The notes below the pieces were generated by a model. It ran no database searches. It saw nothing but the letters and a program-made list of their open reading frames with translations, and was not told where the DNA came from. This document shows, piece after piece, positions 37,392 through 46,448 of a stretch of DNA of 64,000 nucleotides. The position numbers and the translations under genes were made by a program. The stretch spans positions 2,912,001 through 2,976,000 of the forward strand of contig OZ219866.1 of the NCBI GenBank assembly GCA_964291675.2. The letters run 5' to 3'. This DNA is from Alphaproteobacteria bacterium. GTDB taxonomy: Bacteria; Pseudomonadota; Alphaproteobacteria; MPNO01. Each line of letters starts with the position of its first letter. Position 1 is the stretch's first letter.

Positions 37392-38855
37392 ATGTGGGTC
37401 GCTGTCCGCCGTAAAACAATCTTCTTCGCCGTCATTCCCCTGCTGGCGGGGTGCGGGACCGTCTCCCAGCCTCTCGGCGTTGTCGGTCGCGCCGCGGACG
37501 GCTTCGGCGGCGCCGTCGCGGATGAGCCGACCGCCGCCCTGGTCGCGCGGGATATCCTGTCCGCCGGCGGCAACGCGGCCGACGCCGCGGTGGCGCTCTA
37601 TTTCGCGCTCGCCGCGACCTATCCGGTCGCGGCGGGTATCGGCGGCGGCGGGGTCTGTCTGGCCTACGATTCCCGCAGCAACCGGCCCGGGATGGTCGAT
37701 TTCGGCCTCGCGCGGATGGCGGGGTCGGCCGGCGCGAAGCCCGGTGTCGCGCCGCCCGGCAATGTCCGCGGCATGGCCGCCCTGCACGCGCGCTTCGGTG
37801 GGCTTCGCTGGGCCCGGCTGGTTCAGCCGGGCGAACGTATCGCCCGTTTCGGCCATCGGATCTCGCGCGCCCTGGCGCGCTCGATCGCCGCCAACGCCGC
37901 TCGCCTCCGGCGCGACGAGCGGGCGCGCTCTCTCTTCTTCAGACCCGACGGCAGCCCGCTGCGGGAAGGCGACCGTCTGGAACAGGTGACGCTCGCCACG
38001 GTCATCGGCCAGCTACGGTTCCAGGGAGCGGGCGCGCTCCACAGCGGTCCCCTGGCGCGCCGCTATGCCGAGTCCGCCGCCGCCATCGGCAGCAGCCTGC
38101 CCGTCGCGGCGCTGCGCAGCGCCACGCCGGCGTGGCGCGAACCGCAACGCTTCGAGGTCGGCGACCATGAAGCCGTGCTGGTGCCCTCCTCGATGGCGGC
38201 GGGGCTGTGGCGACGGCTCTTCGTCGAGGGGGCGTATGGCCGCGCCGACGACACCGGCAAGGCGCGGGCGATCGCCGAGGCGGCGCTCGCCGCCGGCCGA
38301 CCGGCGCCGGGCGCCCATCCCGCCTCGCCGGACTTGAGCGGGACCACGGGTTTCGCCGTAATCGACCGCGCCGGCGGGGCCGTCGCCTGCCGCCTCTCGA
38401 TGAACGGGGCCTTCGGGACGGGGAGGATTCTCCCCGGAATCGGGGCTTTTGCCGCGGCGCCCGGGCGCGGGACCGAGGCGGCCTCGATCGCCGTCGTCAG
38501 CAACGCCAACACCCGCAACACGTTCTTCGCCGCCGCGGCTTCCGGCGGACCGGCCTCCGCCGCCGCCCTGGTCCGGGTTGCCGGCGGCGTCCTGTTCGAC
38601 GGAAGGCCGGTGGCGGACGCCCTGGCGGACGGCCGCGTCTCCGCCGATGCCCGATCGCGGACGGTCTACGCCGAGGCCGGAATTGCCGATACCGCCGCGC
38701 CGTTCCGGGGCCGCGGCTTCAGGATCGTCGCCGGCGGCTCGCTCGGCCGCGTCAACGCGATCCACTGCCCCGGCGGCAGCCGGCGCGGCCAGGACAGCTG
38801 CCGCTACGGCGTCGATCCGCGCGGATTCGGCCACGCCGCGAGCGCGGCGCGGTAG
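37392..38855 (+). CDS. Gamma-glutamyltransferase-family lipoprotein
   Basis: Lipobox LAGC; GGNAADAAVA..GIGGGG; GTTGFAVID nucleophile Thr; DPRG near the C-terminus. Confidence 0.8.
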   Translation: MWVAVRRKTIFFAVIPLLAGCGTVSQPLGVVGRAADGFGGAVADEPTAALVARDILSAGGNAADAAVALYFALAATYPVAAGIGGGGVCLAYDSRSNRPGMVDFGLARMAGSAGAKPGVAPPGNVRGMAALHARFGGLRWARLVQPGERIARFGHRISRALARSIAANAARLRRDERARSLFFRPDGSPLREGDRLEQVTLATVIGQLRFQGAGALHSGPLARRYAESAAAIGSSLPVAALRSATPAWREPQRFEVGDHEAVLVPSSMAAGLWRRLFVEGAYGRADDTGKARAIAEAALAAGRPAPGAHPASPDLSGTTGFAVIDRAGGAVACRLSMNGAFGTGRILPGIGAFAAAPGRGTEAASIAVVSNANTRNTFFAAAASGGPASAAALVRVAGGVLFDGRPVADALADGRVSADARSRTVYAEAGIADTAAPFRGRGFRIVAGGSLGRVNAIHCPGGSRRGQDSCRYGVDPRGFGHAASAAR

Positions 38856-38856
38856 C

Positions 38857-40017
38857 ATGGCGCTCAAGCGCGCCGCCCGCGGGTCGGTCCCGCCCTTCAT
38901 CGTGATGGACGTCATGCGCGTGGCCAACGAGCGCGCGGCGGCCGGAGAGGACATCGTCCACCTGGAGGTGGGACAGCCGGCGACATCCGCGCCCCGCGCC
39001 GTGCTCGACGCGGCCGCCGCGGTGCTGGAGCGCGATCCGCTGGGCTACACCGAAGCGACCGGCATCCCCGATCTCCGCTCGAGGATCGCCCGGCACTATC
39101 GCGAACGCTACGGCATCGACCCGGATCCGGCGCGGATCGTCGTCACCACGGGGTCGTCCGGCGGGTTCATGCTCGCCTTTCTGGCGGCCTTCGATCCCGG
39201 CGACCGCGTCGCCCTGGCCGATCCCGGATACCCGGCCTACCGCAACATCCTTTCGGCGCTCGGCATCGAGGCGGTGTGCATCGCGACAGGGCCGGAGACC
39301 CGGTTTCAGCCGACACCCGCGCTGCTGGAGGCCGAGGGCCGCCTCGACGGGCTGATCGTCGCGAGCCCGGCCAATCCCACCGGCACGATGCTCGACCGCG
39401 CCGCGCTCGCCGCGCTCGCGGGCTATTGCGCCGAGCGCGGCATCCGCCTGATCTCCGACGAGATCTATCACGGCATCGCCTACGAAGCCCCGGCCGATAC
39501 CGCGCTCCGCTTCACCGACCGGGCGGTGGCGATCAACAGCTTCTCGAAATACTTCTCGATGACCGGCTGGCGAATCGGCTGGATGGTGGTGCCGGAAGAC
39601 CTCGGCCGGGCCGTGGAATGCCTGGCCCAGAACCTGTTCATATCGCCGCCTACCCTGGCGCAGCATGCCGCCATCGCGGCTTTCGACTGCGCCGCCGAGC
39701 TCGACCGCAATGTCGCCAGATACGCGGAGAACCGGGCAATCCTGCTGGCCGGATTGCCGCCGATCGGCTTCGCCCGCTTCGCGCCCGCCGACGGCGCGTT
39801 CTATCTCTACGCCGACGTCCGCGCGTTCGGCATCGACAGCCGGGAGCTGAGCCGCCGGCTACTCGCCGAGGCGGGGGTCGCGGTCGCTCCCGGGCTCGAC
39901 TTCGACCGGCGCCGCGGCGGAGACTACGTGCGGCTGTCCTTCGCCGGATCGCAGCAGGACATGCGCGAGGCGGTGGCGCGGCTGGAGCGCTGGGCTGGCG
40001 CCGCGCCGGCTATTTGA
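38857..40017 (+). CDS. Class I/II PLP-dependent aminotransferase
   Basis: HLEVGQP, TTGSSGG, SPANPTG, SDEIYH and [14 protein letters not shown] motifs. Confidence 0.93.
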   Translation: MALKRAARGSVPPFIVMDVMRVANERAAAGEDIVHLEVGQPATSAPRAVLDAAAAVLERDPLGYTEATGIPDLRSRIARHYRERYGIDPDPARIVVTTGSSGGFMLAFLAAFDPGDRVALADPGYPAYRNILSALGIEAVCIATGPETRFQPTPALLEAEGRLDGLIVASPANPTGTMLDRAALAALAGYCAERGIRLISDEIYHGIAYEAPADTALRFTDRAVAINSFSKYFSMTGWRIGWMVVPEDLGRAVECLAQNLFISPPTLAQHAAIAAFDCAAELDRNVARYAENRAILLAGLPPIGFARFAPADGAFYLYADVRAFGIDSRELSRRLLAEAGVAVAPGLDFDRRRGGDYVRLSFAGSQQDMREAVARLERWAGAAPAI

Positions 40018-42820
40018 CGATCTTCTGCCACCAGCCGCGCCGTTTCGGGCGGTCGTTCTCCTCCGCGACGACGGCGTCGGCCGATTCGGACCCCGCCTCC
40101 CCTCCCGGCGCCGCCAGCGCCGGTGCGGGATCGGGCTCCGGCGGGGCGACCGACACCGGCTCGGGCTCGGGTTCCGCTATCGCAACCGGCTCGGGCGCGG
40201 GTTCCGGTATCGCGACCGGCTCGGGCTCGGGTTCCGCTATCGCGACCGGCTCGGGCTCGGGTTCCGGCATCGCGACCGGCTCGGGCGCGGGTTCCGGTAT
40301 CGCGACCGGCTCGGGCTCGGGTTCCGCTATCGCGACCGGCTCGGGCTCGGGTTCCGGCATCGCGACCGGCTCGGGCGCGGGTTCCGGTATCGCGACCCGC
40401 TCGGGCTCGGGTTCCGGCATCGCGACCGGCTCGGGCTCGGGTTCCGCTATCGCGACCGGCTCGGGCTCGGGTTCCGGCATCGCGACCGGCTCGGGCGCGG
40501 GTTCCGCTATCGCGACCCGCTCGGGCTCGGGTTCCGGCATCGCGACCGGCTCGGGCTCGGGCTCCGACCGGGGCTCCTGGACCGCTCCCGATTCGGGCAC
40601 GCCGTCGCCGTCGGGAGCCGCGCCGGGCGTCGCGGAACCGTCGGTCTCCGCCGCTCCGCCGGTGTCGGACGCCGCCTTGGAGCCGCGCCCCGACCGCCGG
40701 CGTCCCCCCCGGCGTCCCGAGCGTTTCCGGGCGGGCCGCTTCTCGCCGCCGGCGCCTTCGCCTTCGGTCTCTGCGGTCTCCTCCGACACGGCTTCCTCGG
40801 GCGGCTGTGCGGTCGTTTCCGCGGCGGGCTCGGCGACCGCTTCCGCGGCCGGCTTGCGCCGCGAGCGCCGGCGCCGCGAGCGCTTCTTCTCGCCGTCTTC
40901 CGCGGCGGCCTTGGCGGGCTTGTCCGCCGCTTCTGCGGCTGGCGGACGCTCGTCGGATTCCGCCGCGCGCACCCGCTCGATGCGCATATCGGGCGGAATC
41001 ACGCTGTCGTCGCCGAGCAGCGTGACCCGGAATCCGTAGCGGTTTTCGATGTCGGTCAGCATCGCCCGCTTGTTGTTGAGCACGTAGAGCGCGACCGAGC
41101 TGGGGATCGAGACCGTGACCTCGCCCAGACGGTGCCGGATTCCCTCGTCCTCCAGCGCGCGCAGCACCTGAAGCGCCATCGACTCGGTGGACCGCACGAA
41201 CCCGGCGCCCCGGCAATGGGGACAGGTCTGGCTGCTCGCTTCCTGCAGGCTCGGACGCAACCTCTGACGCGACAGCTCCAGCAGGCCGAAACCGCTGATC
41301 CGGCCGATCTGGATGCGCGCCCGGTCCGCCTTCATCGCCTCCTTGAGCCGGCGTTCGACCTGGCGCAGGTTGCGGTTTTCCTGCATGTCGATGAAGTCGA
41401 TGACGACGAGCCCCGCGAGGTCGCGCAGCCGGAGCTGGCGGGCGATCTCGTCGGCCGCTTCGACATTGGTGTTGACCGCGGTCTCCTCGATATTGCGCTC
41501 GCGCGTCGAACGGCCCGAGTTGACGTCGATGGAGACCAGCGCCTCGGTCGCCTGGATGACCAGGTAGCCGCCCGACTTGAGCTGCACCTCGGCGCTGTGG
41601 ATCGCATCGAGCTGCCCCTCGATCTGATAGCGGTGGAAGAGGGGGATGTCGGTCTCGCGATAGCGCTGGACCCGCTTGGCGTGGCTCGGCGTCAGCATCC
41701 GCATGTATTTCTTGGCGGTCTGGTAGGCCTCCATCCCGTCGACCAGGACCTCCTCCACGTCCCTGGTGTAGAGGTCGCGGATGGCCCGCTTGATCAGGCT
41801 CGCGTCCTCGTAGACCAGGGCCGGCGCGATCGAGTTGAAAGTCCGCTCGCGCACTTCGTCCCAGTTGCGGCTCAGATACTCGAAGTCCCGGCGGATTTCC
41901 GCCTTGCTCCGCTCGGTCCCGGCGGTCCGTATGATGACGCCCATCCCGTTCCGGATTTCGAGGTCGTCGATGATCTTCTTGAGCTTCTTGCGCGCGTTCG
42001 CGTTGGTGATCTTGCGCGAAATGCCGCCGCCGCGCGCCGTGTTGGGCATCAGGACGCAGTAGCGCCCGGCCAGCGAGATATAGGTGGTCAGCGCCGCGCC
42101 CTTGTTGCCGCGCTCTTCCTTGACCACCTGGACCAGGATGATCTGGTTGCGCTTGATGACTTCCTGGATCTTGTAGCGTCGGGCGCGCCGCCGGCCCGAT
42201 CCCGATTCGGCGTCGCCGTTGCCGTCCTTGCGCTTGCGTCCCCGGCGCCGCCTGCGGGGGGCGGGCCGAGCCTCTTCGCCGCCGGCGTCTTCGCCGTCTT
42301 CGTTTGCGGAGCCCGCCGCTTCCGGCGCCGCCTCCCCGTCCGCAGAGCCCTGAGGTTCTTCCGAATTCCCGGCCTCCGCGGCCGCTACATCGGCGAGCGG
42401 GGCGCCGGCCGATTCGGGAAGCGCGGCATCGGCCTCGTCCTCGGCCGGCTCCGCGTCGTCGGCCTCGGACATCTCCTCCACCGTGCTGTCGATCTCGTCG
42501 ACCAGCGCCTGCGCGACGTTTTCGTTCCCGCCCTCGGCGTTCTCCGCTGCGACCAGCGCCTCGCGGTCTTCCACCGGGATCTGGAAGTAGTCGGGGTGGA
42601 TGTCGTTGAAGGCCAGGAAGCCATGCCGGTCGCCCCCGAAATCGACGAACGCCGCCTGCAGGGACGGTTCGACTCGGGTGACCTTGGCTAGATAGATGTT
42701 TCCCTTGAACTGGCGTTTGGTCGACGTCTCGACGTCATACTCATCCAGCCGGTTCGCGCTGGTGATGACGACACGCACCTCTTCGAGGTGGGTGCCGTCG
42801 ATCAGCATCCGTTTTGTCAT
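40010..42820 (-). CDS. rne: Ribonuclease E
   Basis: [52 protein letters not shown] zinc link; C-terminal RRGWW. Confidence 0.97.
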   Translation of the reverse strand: MTKRMLIDGTHLEEVRVVITSANRLDEYDVETSTKRQFKGNIYLAKVTRVEPSLQAAFVDFGGDRHGFLAFNDIHPDYFQIPVEDREALVAAENAEGGNENVAQALVDEIDSTVEEMSEADDAEPAEDEADAALPESAGAPLADVAAAEAGNSEEPQGSADGEAAPEAAGSANEDGEDAGGEEARPAPRRRRRGRKRKDGNGDAESGSGRRRARRYKIQEVIKRNQIILVQVVKEERGNKGAALTTYISLAGRYCVLMPNTARGGGISRKITNANARKKLKKIIDDLEIRNGMGVIIRTAGTERSKAEIRRDFEYLSRNWDEVRERTFNSIAPALVYEDASLIKRAIRDLYTRDVEEVLVDGMEAYQTAKKYMRMLTPSHAKRVQRYRETDIPLFHRYQIEGQLDAIHSAEVQLKSGGYLVIQATEALVSIDVNSGRSTRERNIEETAVNTNVEAADEIARQLRLRDLAGLVVIDFIDMQENRNLRQVERRLKEAMKADRARIQIGRISGFGLLELSRQRLRPSLQEASSQTCPHCRGAGFVRSTESMALQVLRALEDEGIRHRLGEVTVSIPSSVALYVLNNKRAMLTDIENRYGFRVTLLGDDSVIPPDMRIERVRAAESDERPPAAEAADKPAKAAAEDGEKKRSRRRRSRRKPAAEAVAEPAAETTAQPPEEAVSEETAETEGEGAGGEKRPARKRSGRRGGRRRSGRGSKAASDTGGAAETDGSATPGAAPDGDGVPESGAVQEPRSEPEPEPVAMPEPEPERVAIAEPAPEPVAMPEPEPEPVAIAEPEPEPVAMPEPEPERVAIPEPAPEPVAMPEPEPEPVAIAEPEPEPVAIPEPAPEPVAMPEPEPEPVAIAEPEPEPVAIPEPAPEPVAIAEPEPEPVSVAPPEPDPAPALAAPGGEAGSESADAVVAEENDRPKRRGWWQKIVK
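40155..40565. repeat. 30-bp coding tandem repeat (about 13.5 copies) in the rne C-terminal region
   Basis: Unit GTTCCG(C/G)(T/C)ATCGCGACC(G/C)GCTCGGGC(T/G)CGG starting every 30 nt from 40171 to 40531; encodes EPEPEPVA(I/M)(A/P). Confidence 0.97.
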
Positions 42821-43105
42821 CAATTGCTCCGGGGCCGGCGCGGCGCGACGCAAGGCGTCGTGACGGCGCGCCCGGCCGTGTTTCGGTCGTGGCCTCGAGG
42901 GGCGCCGTCGAAACCCGGTCGCGCGGAATGGGCTCCGCCCGATCTCGGCCGATACGGCTGCCGAATTCTTTGCTTGCCTCGGACCCGGCCATTCTCTCCA
43001 AATTCCGACGTCAGCGTGCGGCGCCGGCTTTCGCCGGGCGCACTGCCGGCACGGCATCGCCGCTGCGTGCCGCATGCGCGGCCGAGCCCAGCCGGCCGCG
43101 TCCGA

Positions 43106-43134
43106 AACATAGTCGCGCGGCCCCGCGCACTCAA
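43106..43134 (-). promoter_or_regulatory. Putative sigma70 promoter of rne, implying a ~280-nt 5' UTR
   Basis: Minus strand TTGAGT-N17-TATGTT. Confidence 0.55.
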
Positions 43135-43161
43135 CCGCATTCCTCACCGCCCGGCGGTCGA

Positions 43162-43190
43162 TTGACACGCCGCGCGCGGCCAAGAAGAAT
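43162..43190 (+). promoter_or_regulatory. Putative sigma70 promoter of the triple-RidA operon
   Basis: TTGACA-N17-AAGAAT, about 35 nt upstream of ATG 43225. Confidence 0.5.
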
Positions 43191-43224
43191 TCCCGCCGCC
43201 GCAGTGGCCGCCGAGGAACGAATC

Positions 43225-44475
43225 ATGCGGGTCGAGGCCGTCAGATCCGACATCCCCCAGCCTCTCGCCAACTACACCGAGGCGTTTTGCGCCGGCGGGC
43301 TGATCTTCGCGGCGGGCCAGCTTCCCACCGATTTCACGACCGGAATACCGCCCGAGGCGCGGACCGATCCGGCGTTTCCCTATTACGGGTCCGACATCAA
43401 GAAACGCACCCGGTACGTGCTGAACAACCTCGTCCGGACCTTCGAGGCGGCGGGCTCCTCGCTCGACCATGTCGTCAAGGCGCAGGTGTTCCTCGAAGAC
43501 CTCAACGATTTCAACGCTTTCGACGAGGTCTGGAAGGAATATTTCAGGACCCCGCCGGCACGCACCACGGTCGGCACCAGCGGCCTGCTGGTCCGGGACG
43601 CGATGATCGAGATCGACCTGATCGGCTATGTGCCCGGCGAGCTCGACTGTACCGCGGTGACGTCCGATGTGCCCCAGCCGCTCGCCAGCTACACCGAGGC
43701 GTTCCGGGTCGGCGGGCTGGTCTTCGCCGCCGGCCAGCTTCCCACCGATTTCACCACCGGAATCCCGGCCGAGGCGCGGACCGACCCGGCGTTTCCCTAT
43801 TACGGCTCCGACATCAAGAGGCGCACCCGCTACGTGCTCGGGAACCTGGCCCGGACCTTCGAGGCGGCGGGCTCCTCGCTCGATCGCGTGGTCAAGGCGC
43901 AGGTCTTCCTGGAGGATCTCCACGAGTTCGATGCCTTCGACGAGGTCTGGAAGGAGTATTTCGATTCGCCGCCGGCGCGGACGACGGTCGGCACGACGGG
44001 TTTGCTGGTCAAGGATTCGATGATCGAGATCGACCTGATCGGCTACGTTCCCGGCGCGCTCGAATGCACCGCGATCCGGTCCGACAGCCCGCAGCCGCTC
44101 GCCAACTACACCGAGGCGTACCGGCTGGGCGATTACGTCTTCGCCGCGGGCCAGGTGCCGAGCGACTTCGTCGCCGGAATTCCGGCCGAGGCCAGGGTCG
44201 ATCCGGCCTTTCCCTATTACGGTTCCAACATCAAGAAGCGCACCCGCTATGTCCTGGACAATCTGGCGCGCACCTTCGCCGCCGCGGGGAGCTCGCTCGA
44301 CGATGTCGTCAAGGCTCAGATCTTCCTGGAAGACCTCAACGATTTCAACGCCTTCGATGAGGTCTGGAAGGAATATTTCGACATCCCGCCGGCGCGGACC
44401 ACGGTCGGCACCACGGGTCTTCTGGTCCCCGACGCGCTGATCGAGATCGATCTGATCGGGGCGGTTCGAGGCTGA
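43225..44475 (+). CDS. Rid (YjgF/YER057c/UK114) family protein with three tandem domains, 416 aa
   Basis: Three 139-aa repeats (417-nt period), each with PLAxYTEA, FAAGQ, VVKAQVFL, PPARTTVG and IEIDLIG; GAGG RBS. Confidence 0.92.
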   Translation: MRVEAVRSDIPQPLANYTEAFCAGGLIFAAGQLPTDFTTGIPPEARTDPAFPYYGSDIKKRTRYVLNNLVRTFEAAGSSLDHVVKAQVFLEDLNDFNAFDEVWKEYFRTPPARTTVGTSGLLVRDAMIEIDLIGYVPGELDCTAVTSDVPQPLASYTEAFRVGGLVFAAGQLPTDFTTGIPAEARTDPAFPYYGSDIKRRTRYVLGNLARTFEAAGSSLDRVVKAQVFLEDLHEFDAFDEVWKEYFDSPPARTTVGTTGLLVKDSMIEIDLIGYVPGALECTAIRSDSPQPLANYTEAYRLGDYVFAAGQVPSDFVAGIPAEARVDPAFPYYGSNIKKRTRYVLDNLARTFAAAGSSLDDVVKAQIFLEDLNDFNAFDEVWKEYFDIPPARTTVGTTGLLVPDALIEIDLIGAVRG

Positions 44476-44484
44476 GGAGCGCAG

Positions 44485-44781
44485 ATGGCCAAGTTCCTGA
44501 TACTCGCGCGGCCCAGGAAGCCGCTGCCGCAAAAGGCCAATGTCGACGGCGCCCGGGCCCAGTGGCGGGCGCTGCGCGACGAGGGCAGGGCGGAGGTGTT
44601 CGAGATCGTCGAGGACAACGGCGCCGGGTTCGCGGTGTTCCTCGACGTCGAAGACCATGACGAGCTGATGGCCGTGCTGTTCCGCAACCCGGGCGGCAGC
44701 TGGGGTTCCTACGAGGTCTACCCGCTCGGTACGCTGGAAGGCGAGACCCGGGCGATGCGCGAGGCGGGGATCATCGGCTAG
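44485..44781 (+). CDS. Small protein, muconolactone isomerase/DUF3303-like dimeric alpha+beta barrel
   Basis: GAGGAG RBS; MAKFLI..., GFAVFLDVEDHDEL...NP...YEVYPL pattern; fold assignment is by pattern only. Confidence 0.65.
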   Translation: MAKFLILARPRKPLPQKANVDGARAQWRALRDEGRAEVFEIVEDNGAGFAVFLDVEDHDELMAVLFRNPGGSWGSYEVYPLGTLEGETRAMREAGIIG

Positions 44782-44796
44782 CGGCGGGAGAAGGAC

Positions 44797-45051
44797 ATGG
44801 CGAAGTTTCTCATCATCAACCGGCCGCCGCCGCACCGCACCAAGGACGCGCCGGTCGGCCAATGCGTCAACCATTTCGTGTCGCTCGGCGAGAGCAACCG
44901 GGCGAGCGTCTACCCGATCGCCGGGCTCAAGGGCTATGCCACGCTGGTCGACGTGGACGACCACGAATCGCTGCGCGACGTGGTCGCGGGCAACGCGATG
45001 GGCAATATCGAGGAATACCGGATCATCGCGCTCGCCGATCTCCGCGACTGA
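44797..45051 (+). CDS. Small protein, paralog of the upstream gene
   Basis: AAGGA RBS; MAKFLI..., GYATLVDVDDHESL...N...YRIIAL aligns with the upstream protein. Confidence 0.65.
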   Translation: MAKFLIINRPPPHRTKDAPVGQCVNHFVSLGESNRASVYPIAGLKGYATLVDVDDHESLRDVVAGNAMGNIEEYRIIALADLRD

Positions 45052-45161
45052 CCCGGGCCCGAAGGCGGCGTCGAACGGTCGGACCGCCGGCACGGTACCC
45101 GGTCATGGACTAAATCGCCCACCGCGCGTATAGATGCGGTCCGGGATTTGGGGCCGGGTAC

Positions 45162-46364
45162 ATGTTCCTGAGAACGAGGCGCCTGTGGACGCCTGTCGGG
45201 ATTGCGCTGGCGCTGACCGCCTGCGCCGCGGCCGCCGCCGACGCCGCCACTCTCGTCATGGGCGCTCGAATCGGCCCCGACAAGGCCAAGACGCGGTTCG
45301 TGCTCGATCTCAGCGCGCAGGTGAAATTCGCCGTATTCACCCTCGACAAGCCGTACCGCGTGGTCATCGACCTGCCGCCGGTGACATGGCGGCTCGACCC
45401 GCTGAGGGCGCCCAGAGGCGGGCTGGTCCAGGCGTTCCGCTACGGACATTTCAGCGACACGATCTCGCGCGTGGTGCTCGACGTCTCGCGGCCGGTGGCG
45501 GTCGAGAGCGCGTTCCTGCTGCCCCCCAGGGGCAACCGCGCATATCGGCTGGTGGTGGATCTGCGCGCGGTGAGCGCGACCCGATTCGCCAAGCGCGCAT
45601 CGCCGGGCCGCGCGGCGAAGCCGCCGGCGGAAACCGAACCCGTCCCGCTTCCCAAACGCCGCATCGCGCGCAGCGTCAAGACGGTCGCCGTCGACCCCGG
45701 CCATGGCGGGGTCGATCCCGGCGCGATCGGGGTGCGCGGCACGCGCGAGAAGCGGGTGACGCTGGCCCACGCCGTGGCGGTGGCGAGGAAGCTGCGCGCG
45801 ACGGGGCGTTACCGCGTGGTGATGACCCGCGCGCGCGACGTGTTCGTGCCGCTGCGCCGGCGGGTGGCGACGGCGCGCCGCCACGCCGCGGATCTGTTCA
45901 TCTCGCTGCACGCCGATTCGATTCCGGGAAAGAAGGTGCGCGGCGCCTCGGTCTACACGCTCTCCGAACGCGCCTCCGACAAGGAGGCGGCGGCGCTCGC
46001 CGCCAGGGAGAACAAGGCGGACCTGATCGCCGGGATAGACCTCACCGAGCAGACCTCGGAGGTCGCCAGCTTTCTCATCGATCTCGCGCAACGCCAGACG
46101 ATGAACGATTCGGCGATCTTCGCGCGCATCCTCACGCGCGAGATCGGCAAGGTCCGCCCCCTGCTTCGCAACACCCACCGATTCGCGGGTTTCGCGGTTC
46201 TCAAGGCACCCGACGTTCCCTCGGTTCTGGTCGAGCTCGGCTACCTGTCCCACCGGTCCGAGGAGCGCAGCCTCAACCGGGCGCGCGACCGCGAGCGCGT
46301 CGCCGCCGCGATCGTCCGCGCCATCGACAGCTATTTTGCCCGCGAACAGGCCTTCAAACGGTAG
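45162..46364 (+). CDS. amiC: N-acetylmuramoyl-L-alanine amidase (AMIN + Amidase_3)
   Basis: Signal peptide; RVVIDL AMIN motif, VDPGHGGVDPGA, FISLHADS and VLVELGYLS. Confidence 0.92.
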   Translation: MFLRTRRLWTPVGIALALTACAAAAADAATLVMGARIGPDKAKTRFVLDLSAQVKFAVFTLDKPYRVVIDLPPVTWRLDPLRAPRGGLVQAFRYGHFSDTISRVVLDVSRPVAVESAFLLPPRGNRAYRLVVDLRAVSATRFAKRASPGRAAKPPAETEPVPLPKRRIARSVKTVAVDPGHGGVDPGAIGVRGTREKRVTLAHAVAVARKLRATGRYRVVMTRARDVFVPLRRRVATARRHAADLFISLHADSIPGKKVRGASVYTLSERASDKEAAALAARENKADLIAGIDLTEQTSEVASFLIDLAQRQTMNDSAIFARILTREIGKVRPLLRNTHRFAGFAVLKAPDVPSVLVELGYLSHRSEERSLNRARDRERVAAAIVRAIDSYFAREQAFKR

Positions 46365-46448
46365 GATCCCTTCCCATATCTCATTGACCGGCCACCCTCG
46401 GCCCCGATCCCCGTGCGGGCGGGAACGGCCCGGTGACTTGCGGTCGAC

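Noticed and set aside
40155-40565. 30-bp repeats as a CRISPR array
   Set aside because: Units are directly adjacent with no unique spacers, lie in frame inside rne, and no cas genes are present.
39276-41039. Plus-strand ORF with (GSGSGIAT)n repeats resembling an adhesin or ice-nucleation protein
   Set aside because: It is the antisense reading of the rne Glu-Pro repeat and has no credible start or signal peptide.
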